64,000 nucleotides of DNA from Camelus dromedarius (Eukaryota), in the NCBI RefSeq assembly GCF_036321535.1, contig NC_087436.1:9362001-9426000 (forward strand), written 5' to 3'. Position numbers and translations under genes: made by a program. Shown here piece by piece: positions 38,318 through 51,600 of the stretch; the first letter of the stretch is position 1; each line of letters starts with the position of its first letter. Under the pieces are notes generated by a model that searched no databases, had not been told where the DNA came from, and was given only the letters and a program-made list of their open reading frames with translations.

Positions 38318-39085
38318 AGCTAGAGACTGGGAAGAGGCAGGAATGAGGAGTTTCTGTTAATGTGTAGTAGGTATGTTACCCCAGACAGGGAAAAAAACTG
38401 TGTCAATTATTGTTCTGTCCAAAAGAGAAGAATTCAGATCAGAGACAAAAGCATTGTGTAGCAAACGACTTTAAAGATTTTATTAGCAAAGCAAAAGTAC
38501 ACCTCCAAAAGTGGAAGGCAGGCTGCTCTAAGAGCCAAGAGTTGATAGCAATGATCTTTTTTTGTCTCCCCTTCTCTTATACCCTCACTTAGAGTTGGTC
38601 TCTTGATTGATTGACAGCTCTTATCCCTAGAGTGCTCAGTCACACTCGTCCCTTTTGTGCATGTCCTTACCCATGATGCACACAGAAAAATCCATGGATG
38701 GGGCTAAACCACAGTGCTGATTATATTACAATGAGCACTGGGTCATGTCCAATTAGGTCCTTGTTACCATACTGTTGCAGCCATCGGGTTCTAACGGATT
38801 TCTTGCTGGCACTCATTTAGAGGAAGTAAAGCCCCTTTGTGCCGAAGGAAGGAATATGAGCATCTTCCAAACTGCCCTCCCTCTCCTCCGCCTTATCTGC
38901 CTGGTGCCCCCACTTCCCTAGCTACCTAGCTTCAGTACTGCAAGATGAACAATGTTCTGGAAATGGATGCTGGTGATAGTTGCACAACATTGTGAATGTA
39001 CTTAATGCCAGTGAATTGTATGCTTAAAAATGCTTAAGATGGTTTATTTTATGTTGTGTATATTTTACCACAATAAAAACTAAAC
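38318..39085 (+). mobile_element. L1MB-type 3' end split by an LTR insertion
   Basis: 'agagactgggaagaggcaggaatgaggagtttctgttaatg' continues after the LTR with 'caagatgaacaatgttctggaaatggatgctggtgatagttgcacaacattgtgaatgtacttaatgcc'. Confidence 0.8.
38374..38934 (-). mobile_element. ERV1-like solo LTR (561 bp)
   Basis: TG...CA termini on both strands. The minus strand has TATAA (~38577-38581) and then AATAAA (38479-38484) preceded by 'gtgtacttttgctttgct', an ERV1-style R region. Confidence 0.75.
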
Positions 39086-40249
39086 CAAAAACAGAAAGAG
39101 TTTTAGACATTTCAACTCAGGAATATCCCGTAGCCTAGTCTCCCTCACAAAGTTCTACAGCACCTGGCTCTAATCAGAGACTGTGCTAGGCTCCAAATGA
39201 ATCTGAATTATGTATATCTCAATAAATCCAACATACAGAGAATTTTAAACACTATTTTTCTTCCAGAGAGAGAAAACAATTAAGTATGATGCTACTGAAC
39301 AATGTTATGATTATTGTTGGAAGAATCAAGCCAAATTGGTTGTGAATTAAATTTCCACTCACTGAAAAAAATTAAAATTAAAAAAACCCTTGCATCTGCG
39401 AAGATAAATATTGAAGTTATTCAAGCCTTGGCTTTAAAACCAGGGTGAAACAGGGCAGTCTATTTTAGTATGACTTTTTGGGCAGCAAGTAGCATATAAA
39501 CAACAGCAAGAGAACAGATATTGGCTTAAGCATGCAGAGAAACTCATTTCCCTAATGACCTAAAAGTGAAAGTTCACTTTAATTATGGTGCTGACTCATT
39601 TCTCCTGTTTTTCTCCTTTTATTCATTTCACATGTGGTTGTATATTTCCTGGACTTGTACTCAAAGGCAGCAGTAGGACCAGACTTCATAAACACCAACC
39701 CTATTACCCAGAAGGAGACTGTCTGTGTGCCAGAACTCCCAGCCAGCATTCTGAGCTTCATTCTAAAATAATCATTGTTGCCATGTAAATGCCATGGGCT
39801 GATCGGCATAGCCCTGCATTAACTGAAGCCATCACCGAGGCAGTGTACACGAATGTACAATGGCTACTTTAGGTCATCTCAGACCAACTTCTGTAGCTGG
39901 GTGTGAGGTCAGTGGCTGTTACACGATGGGAGAGTGGTGGTACCTTGTCAGTAGACAATCCTAAATGCTATTATAGATGATGGTCTGCTCTTAGCACAGT
40001 ATTTGTGGAGCAGTGTAGAGTCTGAGGCCAGAGAAATTATGCAAAAAAAAAAAATTGAGTTCAAAAGCAGAAACAGGATCACAATTAAGAGATACAGCCA
40101 AGAATGACAATCCATCAGAACCAGCTTAACAGAGAGCAACATGGAGACCAGCCAGAAGGGTCTACACCAGAGAAGAGCCTCAGAACTCCACTGAGGGCTC
40201 ACTGCTTGACAGAACCGGTCAGAAGATCAGCATGCATGGAAGCAACTGG

Positions 40250-41750
40250 CTTCATTCTTAGTTGATTCATGCAGCAAATATTCTTTGAGTTCCACTCTGT
40301 ACCAGTCTCTTGTGATAGTCTGGTGAAAAAAAAAAAAAAAAACAAATTTCCTGCCTTTGACACATACACTCAAGTGAAAATAAAGCACAAAGTAAGTCAG
40401 AGAGATAAGAGATGCCTGTCAAGAAGCACGTCTTGTATTTTCACATGGGATGATTGAGTATGGCCTTACTAGGAAAAAAGATGTTTGAGCAAAAATATGA
40501 AAAAAAGCGCTCAAAGCAGAGAAAACATCAGGTACACAAGCACTCCAGAGAGAGAGTGTTGAACACATTCAAAAATCCCCAAGGTCGCACCGCGGCTGGG
40601 AGGAGACAGGATAAGGGAGAGACTCGTCAGGGGCAGTGCCAAACCAGGAAGACGCCCAGCACTCATGGCGGCTTCTAGGCCACTGTAAAGGCTTTTTCTT
40701 GGGTGTGAAAGGGAACACTGGAAGGGTTTTGAATGGAGAAGCAATATGATCTGTTTTATGTTTAAAAGAATCACTTTTACAAATAGGTTGGAAATATACT
40801 ATGAGGCAAGGAAAGAAGCAAGGAAATTAGGTAGAAAACTATGTAAGTTGTTCAGCTGAAAGCTGAAGATAGTTCGGACAAGGGTGGAAACCATGGGAAC
40901 AGGATAAATGTTGGATTGTTGATACTGATGATAGAATGGACAGAATCTGCTACCAGGTTTGAATGTGAGGTATGAGACAGGAAGAGGAATCAAAGGTAAC
41001 TCCAAGTGCAGCGTGAACAACTAAACGATGAAATTCAATTCGAGACATGTTGAGTTTGCAATGACTGTTAGACGGTGTTAAATAGGCAGTTGGTAAACAA
41101 ATGTGTGGTTCACACAGATAACCAGATAGAGATTTTGAAGGCATAGACACGTGGTTCATAAATAATCTTTAGAAGAAATGATGGTACCAAGTGATTGTAG
41201 GAAAAAGAAGTGATTGGAGTGCCATGCTCCAGGACTCTCCAACATGCACAGATCAGGGACACAAAAAGCAATGGGCAGAAAGGGGCTGGACTGAACCAAC
41301 AGGGTGAAAGAAGGCTTTGACAGTTAAAGAACTTCCATGTCAAATACTCTGATGGGTAGACTAGATGGAGCACTGGGGCATGCTCAACGGGTCAAGCCAC
41401 GTTGAGGTCACTGGAGATCTCGGTAAGAGGTGCGTTGGTGGAGTGGTGGTGGCATAAACTGGCTGGAATGGATTTCAAGAGAGACTTAATGAGAAAAGCT
41501 GGAACTGGCAAGTATTTATAATACATATGTGAATTTTTGCATTAAAAATAAATAAAAGGTGGATGTGAGGCCACGAGAGGATATTGTTTATTTTCAAGTG
41601 ACATATAACCAAGTGTTTACACATTAATATAATAGTGAACGGGAAACACATGGAGAGAGAGAGAGAGGAGGGGAGAGTGGGGAGAGGGTACGCACAGCTG
41701 AAACAACGTCCTTGCGAACATGGATGACAAGAGGAAACGTTGTGAAGAGC
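40250..41750 (-). mobile_element. Long L2 fragment
   Basis: Tail 'ttcattcttagttgattcatgcagcaaatattctttgag'; typical antisense body ('gggaacactggaagggttttgaatggagaagcaatatgatctg'); minus-strand peptide KLNMSRIEF resembles the L2 RT motif LKLNMSKTEL. Confidence 0.88.
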
Positions 41751-42454
41751 AAAGATGGGGAGCCATCGGGCTTGGAGTTGGCTGGATTTATTCAGCGTCA
41801 TACATTTAATTTAAAGAACATTCAGTCACTCCTATTAACTGTTAAGAGCATAAAGATGACTTCCTTTACAAAAGAGCTTACAAATCATTAATATATTCAG
41901 TAAACACATTTCATAATTTATTCTATGAAAATAAATGTTTAGGGGATAAATTTACATTGTATGAGCACTTAATACTGAAAGAATAAAACATAAAAAGATT
42001 AATTAATAAAAACAAATCCAACAGGATTTGAACAAAGCTAGATAGATTGTTAAAAATTTAACCAAAAAAAAATGAAAATTAAATTATTTTATTCATGTGG
42101 GAGAGTCCTTGTGAATACAGGGAAAGATTTTGCCTATTAGATTAAAAAAATGATACATATAAATGCTACTGAACTCAAACTATTTCCCATTTGGCCCTTT
42201 GATCTACTTGAAAGGAAGTAGGGCCATGTCCTTTGCCATATGTTCTTGAATATCAGGGCATGGCAAAATGAAACACTCTGAGAGCCTTTCAATTACCCGT
42301 GGCTACTGTCCTCAGTCACCGACATGGCCTGCAGTTACTAACCACGCCTATGAAGTAGAATGAAATAAGTAATGAAATGTAGTTTGTTTACAGTACAGAT
42401 CAAGTAGATACAAATTGCAGTGGACTGGGAATAAGATAACCCTGGTTTTAGTAT

Positions 42455-42700
42455 ACTGCATGGTCGTTAAATAGGGCAGGTGTAACATTCAGAAGACCTG
42501 GCTTTAAATCCGGATTCTGCCCTGTTGTAGTTTTGTGGTCTTATTCTATGGCCCCTAAGAAGCTTTTAAAGACTTGTGTTTCTTTAACTCTTAACTGGGG
42601 ATAAAACTACCTTACCGTGTGGTGGCAAAAATGAAATAAGATGAAATGATGGGCTTGGTACAAAGTCCGGCAGACACCAAAAGGTGCCTAACTGCTAGCC
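42455..42700 (+). mobile_element. MIR SINE
   Basis: 'agacctggctttaaatccggattctgcc...aactggggataaaactaccttacc...aaatgaaataa'. Confidence 0.7.
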
Positions 42701-42859
42701 ACTTAATAGATGGGGCTCCACTTCCTGTAAGCTCTAACTCTGAGGACTTAGCAATGCATTCATTAGTACCCTTTGCACGTCACAGAAAAGCTGCAACACA
42801 GCTTTTAAGTTTTGTTCCAGCTCTACAAGTACACGGTCCTCCTCACGTTAACAAGTACT

Positions 42860-43090
42860 AGATAATCAGCATATCTACTAAATTTTCCGATGGCTAGCAT
42901 CCTCCTACTAGACGTGAGATCCCATGAGACCTTTCTTCCTCGTAACAACCCCGTGAGGAAAGAGCATGGTGGTGTATCCATCCACGAATGAGGACACGGA
43001 GGCAGAAGGCTAAGTGGTTTGCTGCACTGCACGCTAGAAAGTGGTGGAGCCAAGACCTGAACACAAGTACAGTGACTGAACATCCTCTGC
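42860..43090 (-). mobile_element. MIR SINE
   Basis: 'cctcgtaacaaccccgtgagg...atgaggacacggaggcagaaggctaagtggtttgc...gtggtggagccaagacctgaacacaag'. Confidence 0.75.
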
Positions 43091-43246
43091 TCTTTCGTGA
43101 AGATCAGGTTATCCCGCATGCACGAGAATCCTCCTTTAGTAATTATATTTTACTATAAAAAATTACCTGGGTTTTATTTTATAAGATTCCCTGAAATGTT
43201 TTAGATGTTAAAATATATATATGTATTTTGACATAATGGCTCAAGT

Positions 43247-43265
43247 ATATATATATGTGTGTGTA

Positions 43266-43313
<48 letters not shown>
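43247..43313 (+). repeat. Compound (TA)n/(TG)n microsatellite
   Basis: Read directly; an interrupted TG run. Confidence 0.95.
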
Positions 43314-43314
<1 letters not shown>

Positions 43315-43999
43315 TTCCAAAGGCCTTTTAGTTTCTTTGTTTCCCCTTTCCCCCTGGGTGGTAAAATGTTTTCTAAATGATCCAATTGTCTGCAGTTAGC
43401 TCAACAGGGCAGTAGCCATTCCAGTGCAGACAGGGGAATGCACACTCTGTCTCCATCCTACAGGAGCAAAATTGCATGGGCTATGAAGTGGTAAATGTTG
43501 CAGTAAAATGAAAGAGAAAGTGATGACAAAAAAAAAGATGACAAAAAACATTTTTCAACAAAACATTATTTTTCAGAAGAACAGTTTTGGAGGCATAAGA
43601 ATATTTTATCAACTAAGTTGAATATATTCCATTTAAATGAAATATTTAGTGTCTAATGTTAAGTCAGTCATACCCAAAAGGGTGTCACATGATTGCATAG
43701 TGGGAAAAGCTGAATTGTGCATGAAGATAGCACAAGAGAAGTCAATAATCAAGAAATATTTGTGAAACAAATATACCGCATAATTGAGAGGATCATGAGT
43801 AAAATAATGTAATTTTAATTTGATTTCAATAAAAGGCAACTACAATCAAACCTTAGTATGCTGTTTGGTAGAGACGCTATCTAAACAAGAAAAAAAAAAG
43901 TGCTTACACATAAAGTTCAAATTATTAACATTTTAAAATACCAATGTGTGATTGAAACTATTTGGAAGAGTTTTAATGGAATTCAGAATGCCAGTTCTT

Positions 44000-44755
44000 A
44001 TTGGTGTATCTCAAATTGTCCAATTATCTCCATCACTTCTGCCAACTCAGAGGCCCAGGTTACTATCATCTTTGGCCCGGGCTAGCATAAAAGTCTTTAA
44101 TTGGTGTCTGGCATCCAGCTTTCCTCTCCTGAAATCTACACAGCAGTCAGGTATCTTTTCAAACTGCAAATGCAATTGCATCAATTCTTTCTAAAACCTT
44201 GCTCTGGCTTCCAGTTGCTCTTGGGAAAAGACACCAAAATAAACCCTCAACATAGTCTATCAGGTTCCACAGCTTACCTCGCTCTCTCCCCCTGTTCTCG
44301 TTGTAAACACACCTGACCCACGCCCTAGCCAGAAGTGCCTTCCTCAAATGTGTCAGGTCTCATGTTCCCTCCCATTCCAGGCTCTTTACGTAATCGGTGA
44401 CTTTTGCTTGGGACATTGTTACAGGACCTCACAATTCTCGATTTTCAGATCCCACTAGAGATGTACTTTTCTCAGGGAAGCTTTTGCTGTTCCCCCAGGC
44501 TGATCCTTCTCTTGTTGTGGCTGTGGCTACATGCTCTTATTATTGATTTATGTGCTTCTCCGCTGAGTATGTACACATCTCAATTTGTAACTATACATAC
44601 ATTTGCATTCATTTGATTAATGTCTGTCTCCTGTCCCGATATTAAATTTAAAGTCCCCAGAGACCCTAAAACCTGCGACTATGTCTGGTTTTTGTTCACC
44701 ATTACATCATTATCTTTAATTATAGGCGTTCAGTAGGTATCTGTTTGACATCTGA
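44000..44755 (+). mobile_element. L2 3' portion
   Basis: 'ggcccaggttactatcatctttggcccggg...cacagcagtcaggtatcttttcaaactgcaaat...attaatgtctgtctcc...tgtctggtttttgttcacc'. Confidence 0.85.
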
Positions 44756-45737
44756 CAGAAAGCTTTAACAAAAATTGATGTAAAATATGTAATAACATAA
44801 ATTGGATTTTTAGATTTTTAAATTGAGTTTATATTCAGCTAAAATGCTCTTATATTCAAGTAACATGGTTTACAATCAGGCAAGCAGGATTTATGTTCAC
44901 TACTCTATTGTTATAGTCTAAGAAATGTATGAAACATTATCTTCAGTAATTCTGATAAACAGACGCCACTACCAGCCTGGGATACCTGGATGCAAGTGCG
45001 GCCATCAAGGGTGCCCCATCACAGGTAAAGTGCATGAAAGATTCCACCTTGAACTTGTACCTTATCAGAAATAAGTGAGAAATCTCCTCTGGCCGTTAAA
45101 TCCAATGCCCACTCTCCTTAAAGAAACTGCTGCTACTAAACCCAGTGCACCACTTACCTTTATTTCAATAGTCAACACTCAAAATATACAGCCCCCAGAT
45201 CCCAATCTTTATATTTATATTACTTCCAAGTGGCTTTTCATGTTCTTGAGCCCAATCTGTCACCCTTTGTTTTCTCTCAACTCTTCCATCCACAACTGTT
45301 TTTCTCCATCATCTCCCAGGTCTATTATGTCTGAAATTTTTATTTTCATTCACTTATTGAAGACTAACATTATTTAAAAAATAAGTCTATTCTAAAAATA
45401 ATGTCTTTTTCTCAGGCCTCTCAAACATATTTCAGGTTTTCCCACTGATGCTAATCCAAGCAATATCTTTAGTGACTATGCACTTAGATTCCCCTTCAGT
45501 CTACTGGGGTTTATATCCAAATATTCATATGTTATAATTGGTTCACCGTGAGAACCTAAATGAAATTACCTATGTATAGTTCTTCACAGTTCCAGAAACA
45601 ACAGTAGCATTCAAACTGTAGAATAAAACTATCATTCTAGACCATTACTACCTTACCCTTGTTATTACTAATAAAAAAAAAACCATAAAACATGATCCAC
45701 TGAAACTAATATAATTTGAGAATATTATATGTGTCTC

Positions 45738-46585
45738 TACTATGACATATCAACTCACACCAGTCAAAATGGCCATCATTCAAAAGTCCACAAGTGATAA
45801 ACACTGGAGAGGGTGTGGAGAAAAGGAAACCCTCCTACACTGCTGGTGGGAATGCAGATTGGTGCAGCCACTGTGGAAAACAGAATGGAGATTCCTCAAA
45901 AGACTAGGAATAGACTTACCATATGACCCAGTAATCCCACTCCTGGGCATTTATCCAGAAGGAACCTTACTTCAAAAGACGTCTGCACCCCAGTGTTCAT
46001 AGCAACACTATTTACAATAGCCAAGGCATGGAATGTCTATTGACAGATGTCTATTGACAGATGACTGGATAAAGAATGTGGCATATTTACACAATGGAAT
46101 ACTATTCAGCCATAAAAATGACAACATAATGCCATTTGCAGCAACATGGATGTCCCTGGAGAATGTCATTCTAAGTGAAGTAAGCCATAAAGAGAAAGAA
46201 AAATGCCATATAAGATCACTCATATGTGGAATCTAAAAAAAAAAAGAAAAGAAAAAGACAAACAAACATAAATACAAAACAGAAGCAGACTTATAGACAC
46301 AGAACACAGACTTATGGTTGCCAGGGGGAGGGGGTGGGAAGGGATAGACTGGGAGTTCGAAACTTGTAGATACTGACAGGTATATATAGAATAGATAAAC
46401 AAGATTATACTGTATATTGCAGGGAAACATATACAAGATCTTGTGGTAGTTCATGGTGAAAAAGTATGCAACAATGAATATTTGTATGTTCATGTATAAC
46501 TGAAAAATTGTGCTCTACACTGGAAATTGACACAACATTGTAAACTGTAACTATAATTCAATAAAATAAAATTAAAAAAAAAAAC
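45738..46585 (+). mobile_element. Young 5'-truncated L1 (ORF2 cysteine-rich C-terminus, 3'UTR, poly(A))
   Basis: Peptides [14 protein letters not shown]...[50 protein letters not shown] and MPFAATWMSLENVILSEVSHKEKEK; internal 14-bp tandem duplication at 46033-46060. Confidence 0.96.
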
Positions 46586-47044
46586 TTAATGGCCAATCTA
46601 GGGATATTTTTCTTTGAAGATATCTACTGATGTGAAGTCAAAAGCAAAAGTAAAAACACTGACACATGGAGTCAAAACTAACATTTCCAAGAACCAGGAT
46701 AAGAGTGTGTAGGGAATGATTTGGTCACAATTGAATCATCCAGTGTAGTTTTAGCTACTGCCATGTTGTAAGTGTGTTTCATGACAGTGTCTACTGCTAA
46801 CCATGAGTCATTCTTACAAATAAAATACATATTCTGGTTTCTGCTTATGATATAGAAAGATGAAAAAGCATTATAGCCATCTTAATAATAAGAAAAATTG
46901 AAAAACTTACAAAATCATAAATTTATTGAATTCACCTAAGATCTGAGTTTGGATGGTCCTTAAAATTCTGCTAGAACCAATCTGGATGTATTTATTAATA
47001 ATTTTTACGTTACTCAAGTCAGTGGATAGCTTTTAAAAATTATC

Positions 47045-47430
47045 TAAAATCTTTTCTTGAAACACTTTCCTTTATTTATTTTCACAGTGTATTTATGTGA
47101 GTCTATTTCTGGACATTCTGTTTTGTTCTGTTGAAACATTTTTTTAACCATAGGCCAGTGAAACTCTATCTTGATTACTGTAACTTTATAATAATTCTTG
47201 AAACACAGTAATAAATATGCTAACATGATTTTACTATTTCAAGATTATTTCCTTTAAGAATTTTTATACAGCTATAAATTTTAGATTCAGCTCGTAAAAT
47301 TCTACTAAAACTAAAGCATGTTAGAAATTCTAATTAGGATTGCATCAAATCTATAGATCATTATAAGGAGGGTTGGCATCTTAGCAAAACCGAGTTTTCT
47401 ACTGTGTGAATGAACATGCTTTGTACCTTG
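47045..47430 (-). mobile_element. Old L1 ORF2 fragment
   Basis: Minus-strand peptides YYKVTVIK, TECPEIDSHKY and LIMIYRFDAILIRI are L1 ORF2 motifs. Confidence 0.8.
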
Positions 47431-47439
47431 ATGTCCTCT

Positions 47440-48050
47440 CTTACATAGTTGCTGGGTCAGGAAATTGTTAAAGTCATTGTGGGGAAAAATAATTGATGGC
47501 ATCTAATAAGTTAAATATATACATATTCTATAAGCCAGTAGTTTCCTGGGATATACCTAAATCAGGTATGTAATATTTTCCCCCAGAGTTACTTCTTAGA
47601 AATTTTTTGTCACATTAGCCATAATAGCTACAAAAGTGAACAACGTAATTTACGTCAACAATAAAATGTACATTTAAGTTGTGGTATATCCTCAACATAG
47701 AGTATTATACTAACAATAAAAACAAACTACCTCTCCATCCAAGAACATAGTGGAAACTTTCAAATGTGCTATTGAGTGAAAGAGGTTAATTATAAAAGGA
47801 TACATATTTGTACATTTCCATATGGTTAAGTTCAAAAACAGGCCAAGAAGAGATCTTTGGTTCACAAAGTCAGAATAACATTACGTGCTGGGAAGATCCA
47901 GGGTACAGTAACCTGGAGGAGACTTGGATGTTTCTGCTATGTATACAATTTTATCTGGGGGTTGGGGATTGGTTAAAAAGTGGGTTAACTTTGTCATAAT
48001 TCATTGCTATCTCCGCTTAGGATCTATAATGCTTTCTTCGTTTTTGGTCT
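47440..48050 (+). mobile_element. Old L1ME-type ORF2 end and 3'UTR
   Basis: 'aagccagtagtttcctgggatatacc', 'gttgtggtatatcc', 'attgagtgaaagagg...ttccatatggttaagttcaaaaacaggccaa'. Confidence 0.75.
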
Positions 48051-49829
48051 AACACTAATGTAAATATTCACTTTAAGAAAGAAAATTATCTAAAAATCGG
48101 TCCATTTTGGACACTTGAGCAGTTCTCTTGGAGAAGAGTGTTACCAGCTGTCTATTACACCTGACTTGCTTGCATATATCCCTGACCCCGTGCCTGCACA
48201 CTTCTGTCTTCCTCAACACATAAAAGATTTGAAACTGAAAAAAGTACTTTATGCAGGTTTTTGATAGCTGGATTTTCTTTCTTTGTGGAAATGGCATCTA
48301 TAAGAAAAGTTCTTAGAAGATGATACAGGCTTATAAATTATTCACAAGGAAGGGGTCATTTGAGTTTCTAGATCTTGCTGTTTTCCATCTCTTCTTTATG
48401 TTTCTTTTTAAAAACTCATGTATATTTCACACATTTTTTCCCCTCCCTACACATAGAATTTTCCCAGGCTCAAAGTTATTTTTCTCTCTGCTTTCCACTT
48501 TCCCCTCCTTCAGGAAAGGATTATTTTTCTTTGAAATTACTGTACTATTCTTTGTCTCCTTCGCATACAAAGATTCCATATCTTCCTAAATCATTATTCT
48601 CATTTTAATACTGATATTAGCACATCTAATTTAGTTCCTTTACTTCTCTCATTCTACTTTGTTATCCTCAAAATTCTCTTTATTGGGTCCCAATTTATCT
48701 GCTAATGAATCTTCCTTTGTACATAATTTTACGTCTAACAATTCTGATGTCCTTATGATTGGTAAGGTCTAAAGGAAGCTTTTTTCCTGGGATTTCTAAT
48801 GATTTATGAAAATCTCCTGTCAAACACACAATAAGCATCAAGCTCTACTGGTAATATGATCATTTTCACGTCACTTCTGGGAAATTATCCCAATATTCTA
48901 TCTTAAGTTACTAGAAACTACAAACCTACCAGTTATCACTTCCTTTCTTCTGAATTTCAAATTATTAAATTTTCACACTCTGAAATACACCATCCTAGCC
49001 ATCTTAGGTTATTTTTGTAGGTTTAATAATATGTATTATTTTTTGTTTTTGTTTTTGTTTTATTCATCACTGACTTTTGCTTCTCAATGAATTTGTGGTA
49101 TTTACTTTCATGTCTGAATAGAAATTCTTCATTATTTACTACATGTCAATTATCACACACACGCACACACGTACACTGCAAAGGAAACTTCTCTTTTTTT
49201 TTTTATTGTCGCCTCTTATGTTCAGATTGTTGTATTTTATGCTCAGAGCTTAATCATTATTTTTATAGTGTATATATGTGTGTATATATTAACTATCACC
49301 TACCTTTTTGAATTTGTATGAATATTAAGGTAATAAATTACCTCTGATATATTTGTTATATGGTTCACTCAATTCTTATTTTTGCTATGACTCTGATATT
49401 TTTATTGTTCTCTGCAAGTTTATGACTTTAACAATGCTTCTCTGGTTCCTCTTTCTTTCATTTCTGTCTGATGTATTTTCGCCTCTCATTTTACATCCTT
49501 CCCGCCTTGAAGTCTCGTCGTTGTTGTATTCCTCCCCTTCCTGCCACTTCCTTCTCCTTCCGAATTTCAGAACAGAAATAAAACAGCCTCCAGGTGACTT
49601 TCTGCTTCTTTTGCCTTTTTAAAACTCAGTAGTTCCAGCAACGAACTTGTTCTCTCTTGTTATTTTTCTCGTCCCCCGATTTCTCTCCTGCTGATTAGGC
49701 TTCTTTTATTGTTTATACACAATTACTCTAAAATATGTCCTCCTTTTCTTTGTACACATCTACGTCAATATGTGGCTTCCATATGTTCACTGTAATGTAA
49801 ACATATTATCTGCATGACCATTTTGTAGC

Positions 49830-50191
49830 CAGTGAGAGCAGGATGCAAATCCTGCCTCTATAAACTAAAACTACTCAGCCTTTAGTAAATGACTTGTCCT
49901 CTTAATTGTGCTCCTTTAAAAAGTGAAATTAAAAACATCACCTTCATAAGCGATGACAGGGGTGAGAGGGATAAATTGGGAGTTCAAGATGTGCAGGTAC
50001 TAACTACTATACATAAAATAGATAAACAACAAGTTTATACTTGGGAACTGTATTCGATATTTTGTAACCTATAATGAAAAAGAATATGAAAACAAATATA
50101 TGCATGTTCCTATATGACTGAAGCACTGTGCTGTACACCGGAAATTGACAAACATTGTAAACTGACTATACTTGACTATACTTCAAATATA

Positions 50192-50238
<47 letters not shown>

Positions 50239-50345
50239 AAATTAAGTTGATGATAGGATGTGTGCATTAAACATTGTAACATATTTTAAGTGCTTAGCAG
50301 AGTATCCAACATTATTCAGAACTTTAAAAATACTGGCTCTCTTTT
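49830..50345 (+). mobile_element. MIR SINE split by a young L1
   Basis: 5' half 'ggatgcaaatcctgcctcta...gcctttagtaaatgactt'; 3' half 'gcattaaa...taagtgcttagcagagtatccaaca'. Confidence 0.6.
49958..50240 (+). mobile_element. Young 5'-truncated L1 3'UTR with an (AAAT)11 tail at 50193-50236
   Basis: 'gagggataaattgggagttcaagatgtgcag...gctgtacaccggaaattgacaaacattgtaaactgactatac'. Confidence 0.92.
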
Positions 50346-51149
50346 TTGGTGGTATTTTAACTCATTTTATTGTTAAATAAGGACTTAGACAAGAGATTAG
50401 GGGGATTAACATTCTTGAAAGGCAGAATGGGTATCCAGCTATCCAGATAATTTTATTTTAAAATGTATTGCTAATTGTTTAATGATTATTGAGATAATAC
50501 CTATGTGTAATACTGAAAAAGGCAAATGTTCAAAAGAGTGGTTGATGAAAAGTAAAAATAATACCTTATTTTTCTCCTGGTTCCCTTCATGAGAGAAATA
50601 TTCTTAGCAGTTTCTTCTGTACCTTATTAAGATATTCTATGTGTACACGTTTTTATATCCACATCTCTGTCTCACATAACTAATTATATGTCTAATAATA
50701 TACACTCTATCTTATATGTTGTACACACATATGTAGATATCATTTGTGTGCTATATACATTAATATGTTTGACAGCTCTGCTTCTCAGAATGTAGGTGCA
50801 ATATTTCCAAATAACCCTGCAGACATACCTACCATCAGAAGGTAGTTCAGGGGTCAGGAAATAATCTTAGGTTCTCTTAACATTTTAATATACACATTTT
50901 TGAGAAGTAAGTTTAATTATAACCAGAATTAGGAAATATCAATCAGTAAATAACAAAGATGCTAAAAAAAAAAGGTGTCCTGCAAAAATTAACATAGCCA
51001 GGAAAAATATGTATTGCTTTCATAGGAAATACTAGAAAAGTGTGATAAAGGAACACACCTAAGTTCATGCTGATAAGCAAACAGCACGTAAGAAACTTAA
51101 GAGTAACAGATTTCAGAAAGTGACGTTAGTTCAATCTTACTTTCACCAG

Positions 51150-51600
51150 TGCTTACAGACCCACATGCAAACTGCTCATAACAGCACTTTTGTAGTAGTA
51201 AATCTGGCAATTATGTGAATCTTCCAAAATAGGAAAGGACATAAATAGTGCATAATATACTTGTATGATAGGGACCAGAGTGAAATTGGTCTGACCTACT
51301 GAAAAAGAAAGAGATGCCAAGGAAAAGTGGATGCCACTTTTGTAAAAGAAAATAAATTCACTAGACAGATAAAAAATAGATACAAATACATCTAAGTAAT
51401 ACATATATATATATACACACACATATATATCAATGCATTTAGAGAAAATGGTTTCAAACATGACACCATCAAACTGTTAACATTTGCCATCCGGATACAT
51501 GGGAATTGGACTCGGGAGTGTGGGATGTCATCAATTTTAATTTATGTACCACTTATGATTCTTATAAATATTGAGTATTATGAGTATTATAAAGTATTGT
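51150..51600 (+). mobile_element. Old L1ME-type 3' fragment
   Basis: 'acatgcaaactgctcataacagcacttttgtagtagtaaatctggcaa...aaataggaaaggacataaatagtgcataatatac'. Confidence 0.6.

Noticed and set aside
1..39000. Minus-strand bias of LTR elements as evidence of a plus-strand host intron
   Set aside because: About six minus versus three plus is too few to be meaningful, and the L1 copies occur on both strands.
46033..46060. 14-bp tandem duplication inside an L1 (and a 10-bp one near 50163-50182)
   Set aside because: Common slippage mutations in dead elements.
45742..46236. ORFs with a cysteine-rich motif taken as a host gene
   Set aside because: They are the frameshifted C-terminus of L1 ORF2 in a truncated copy.
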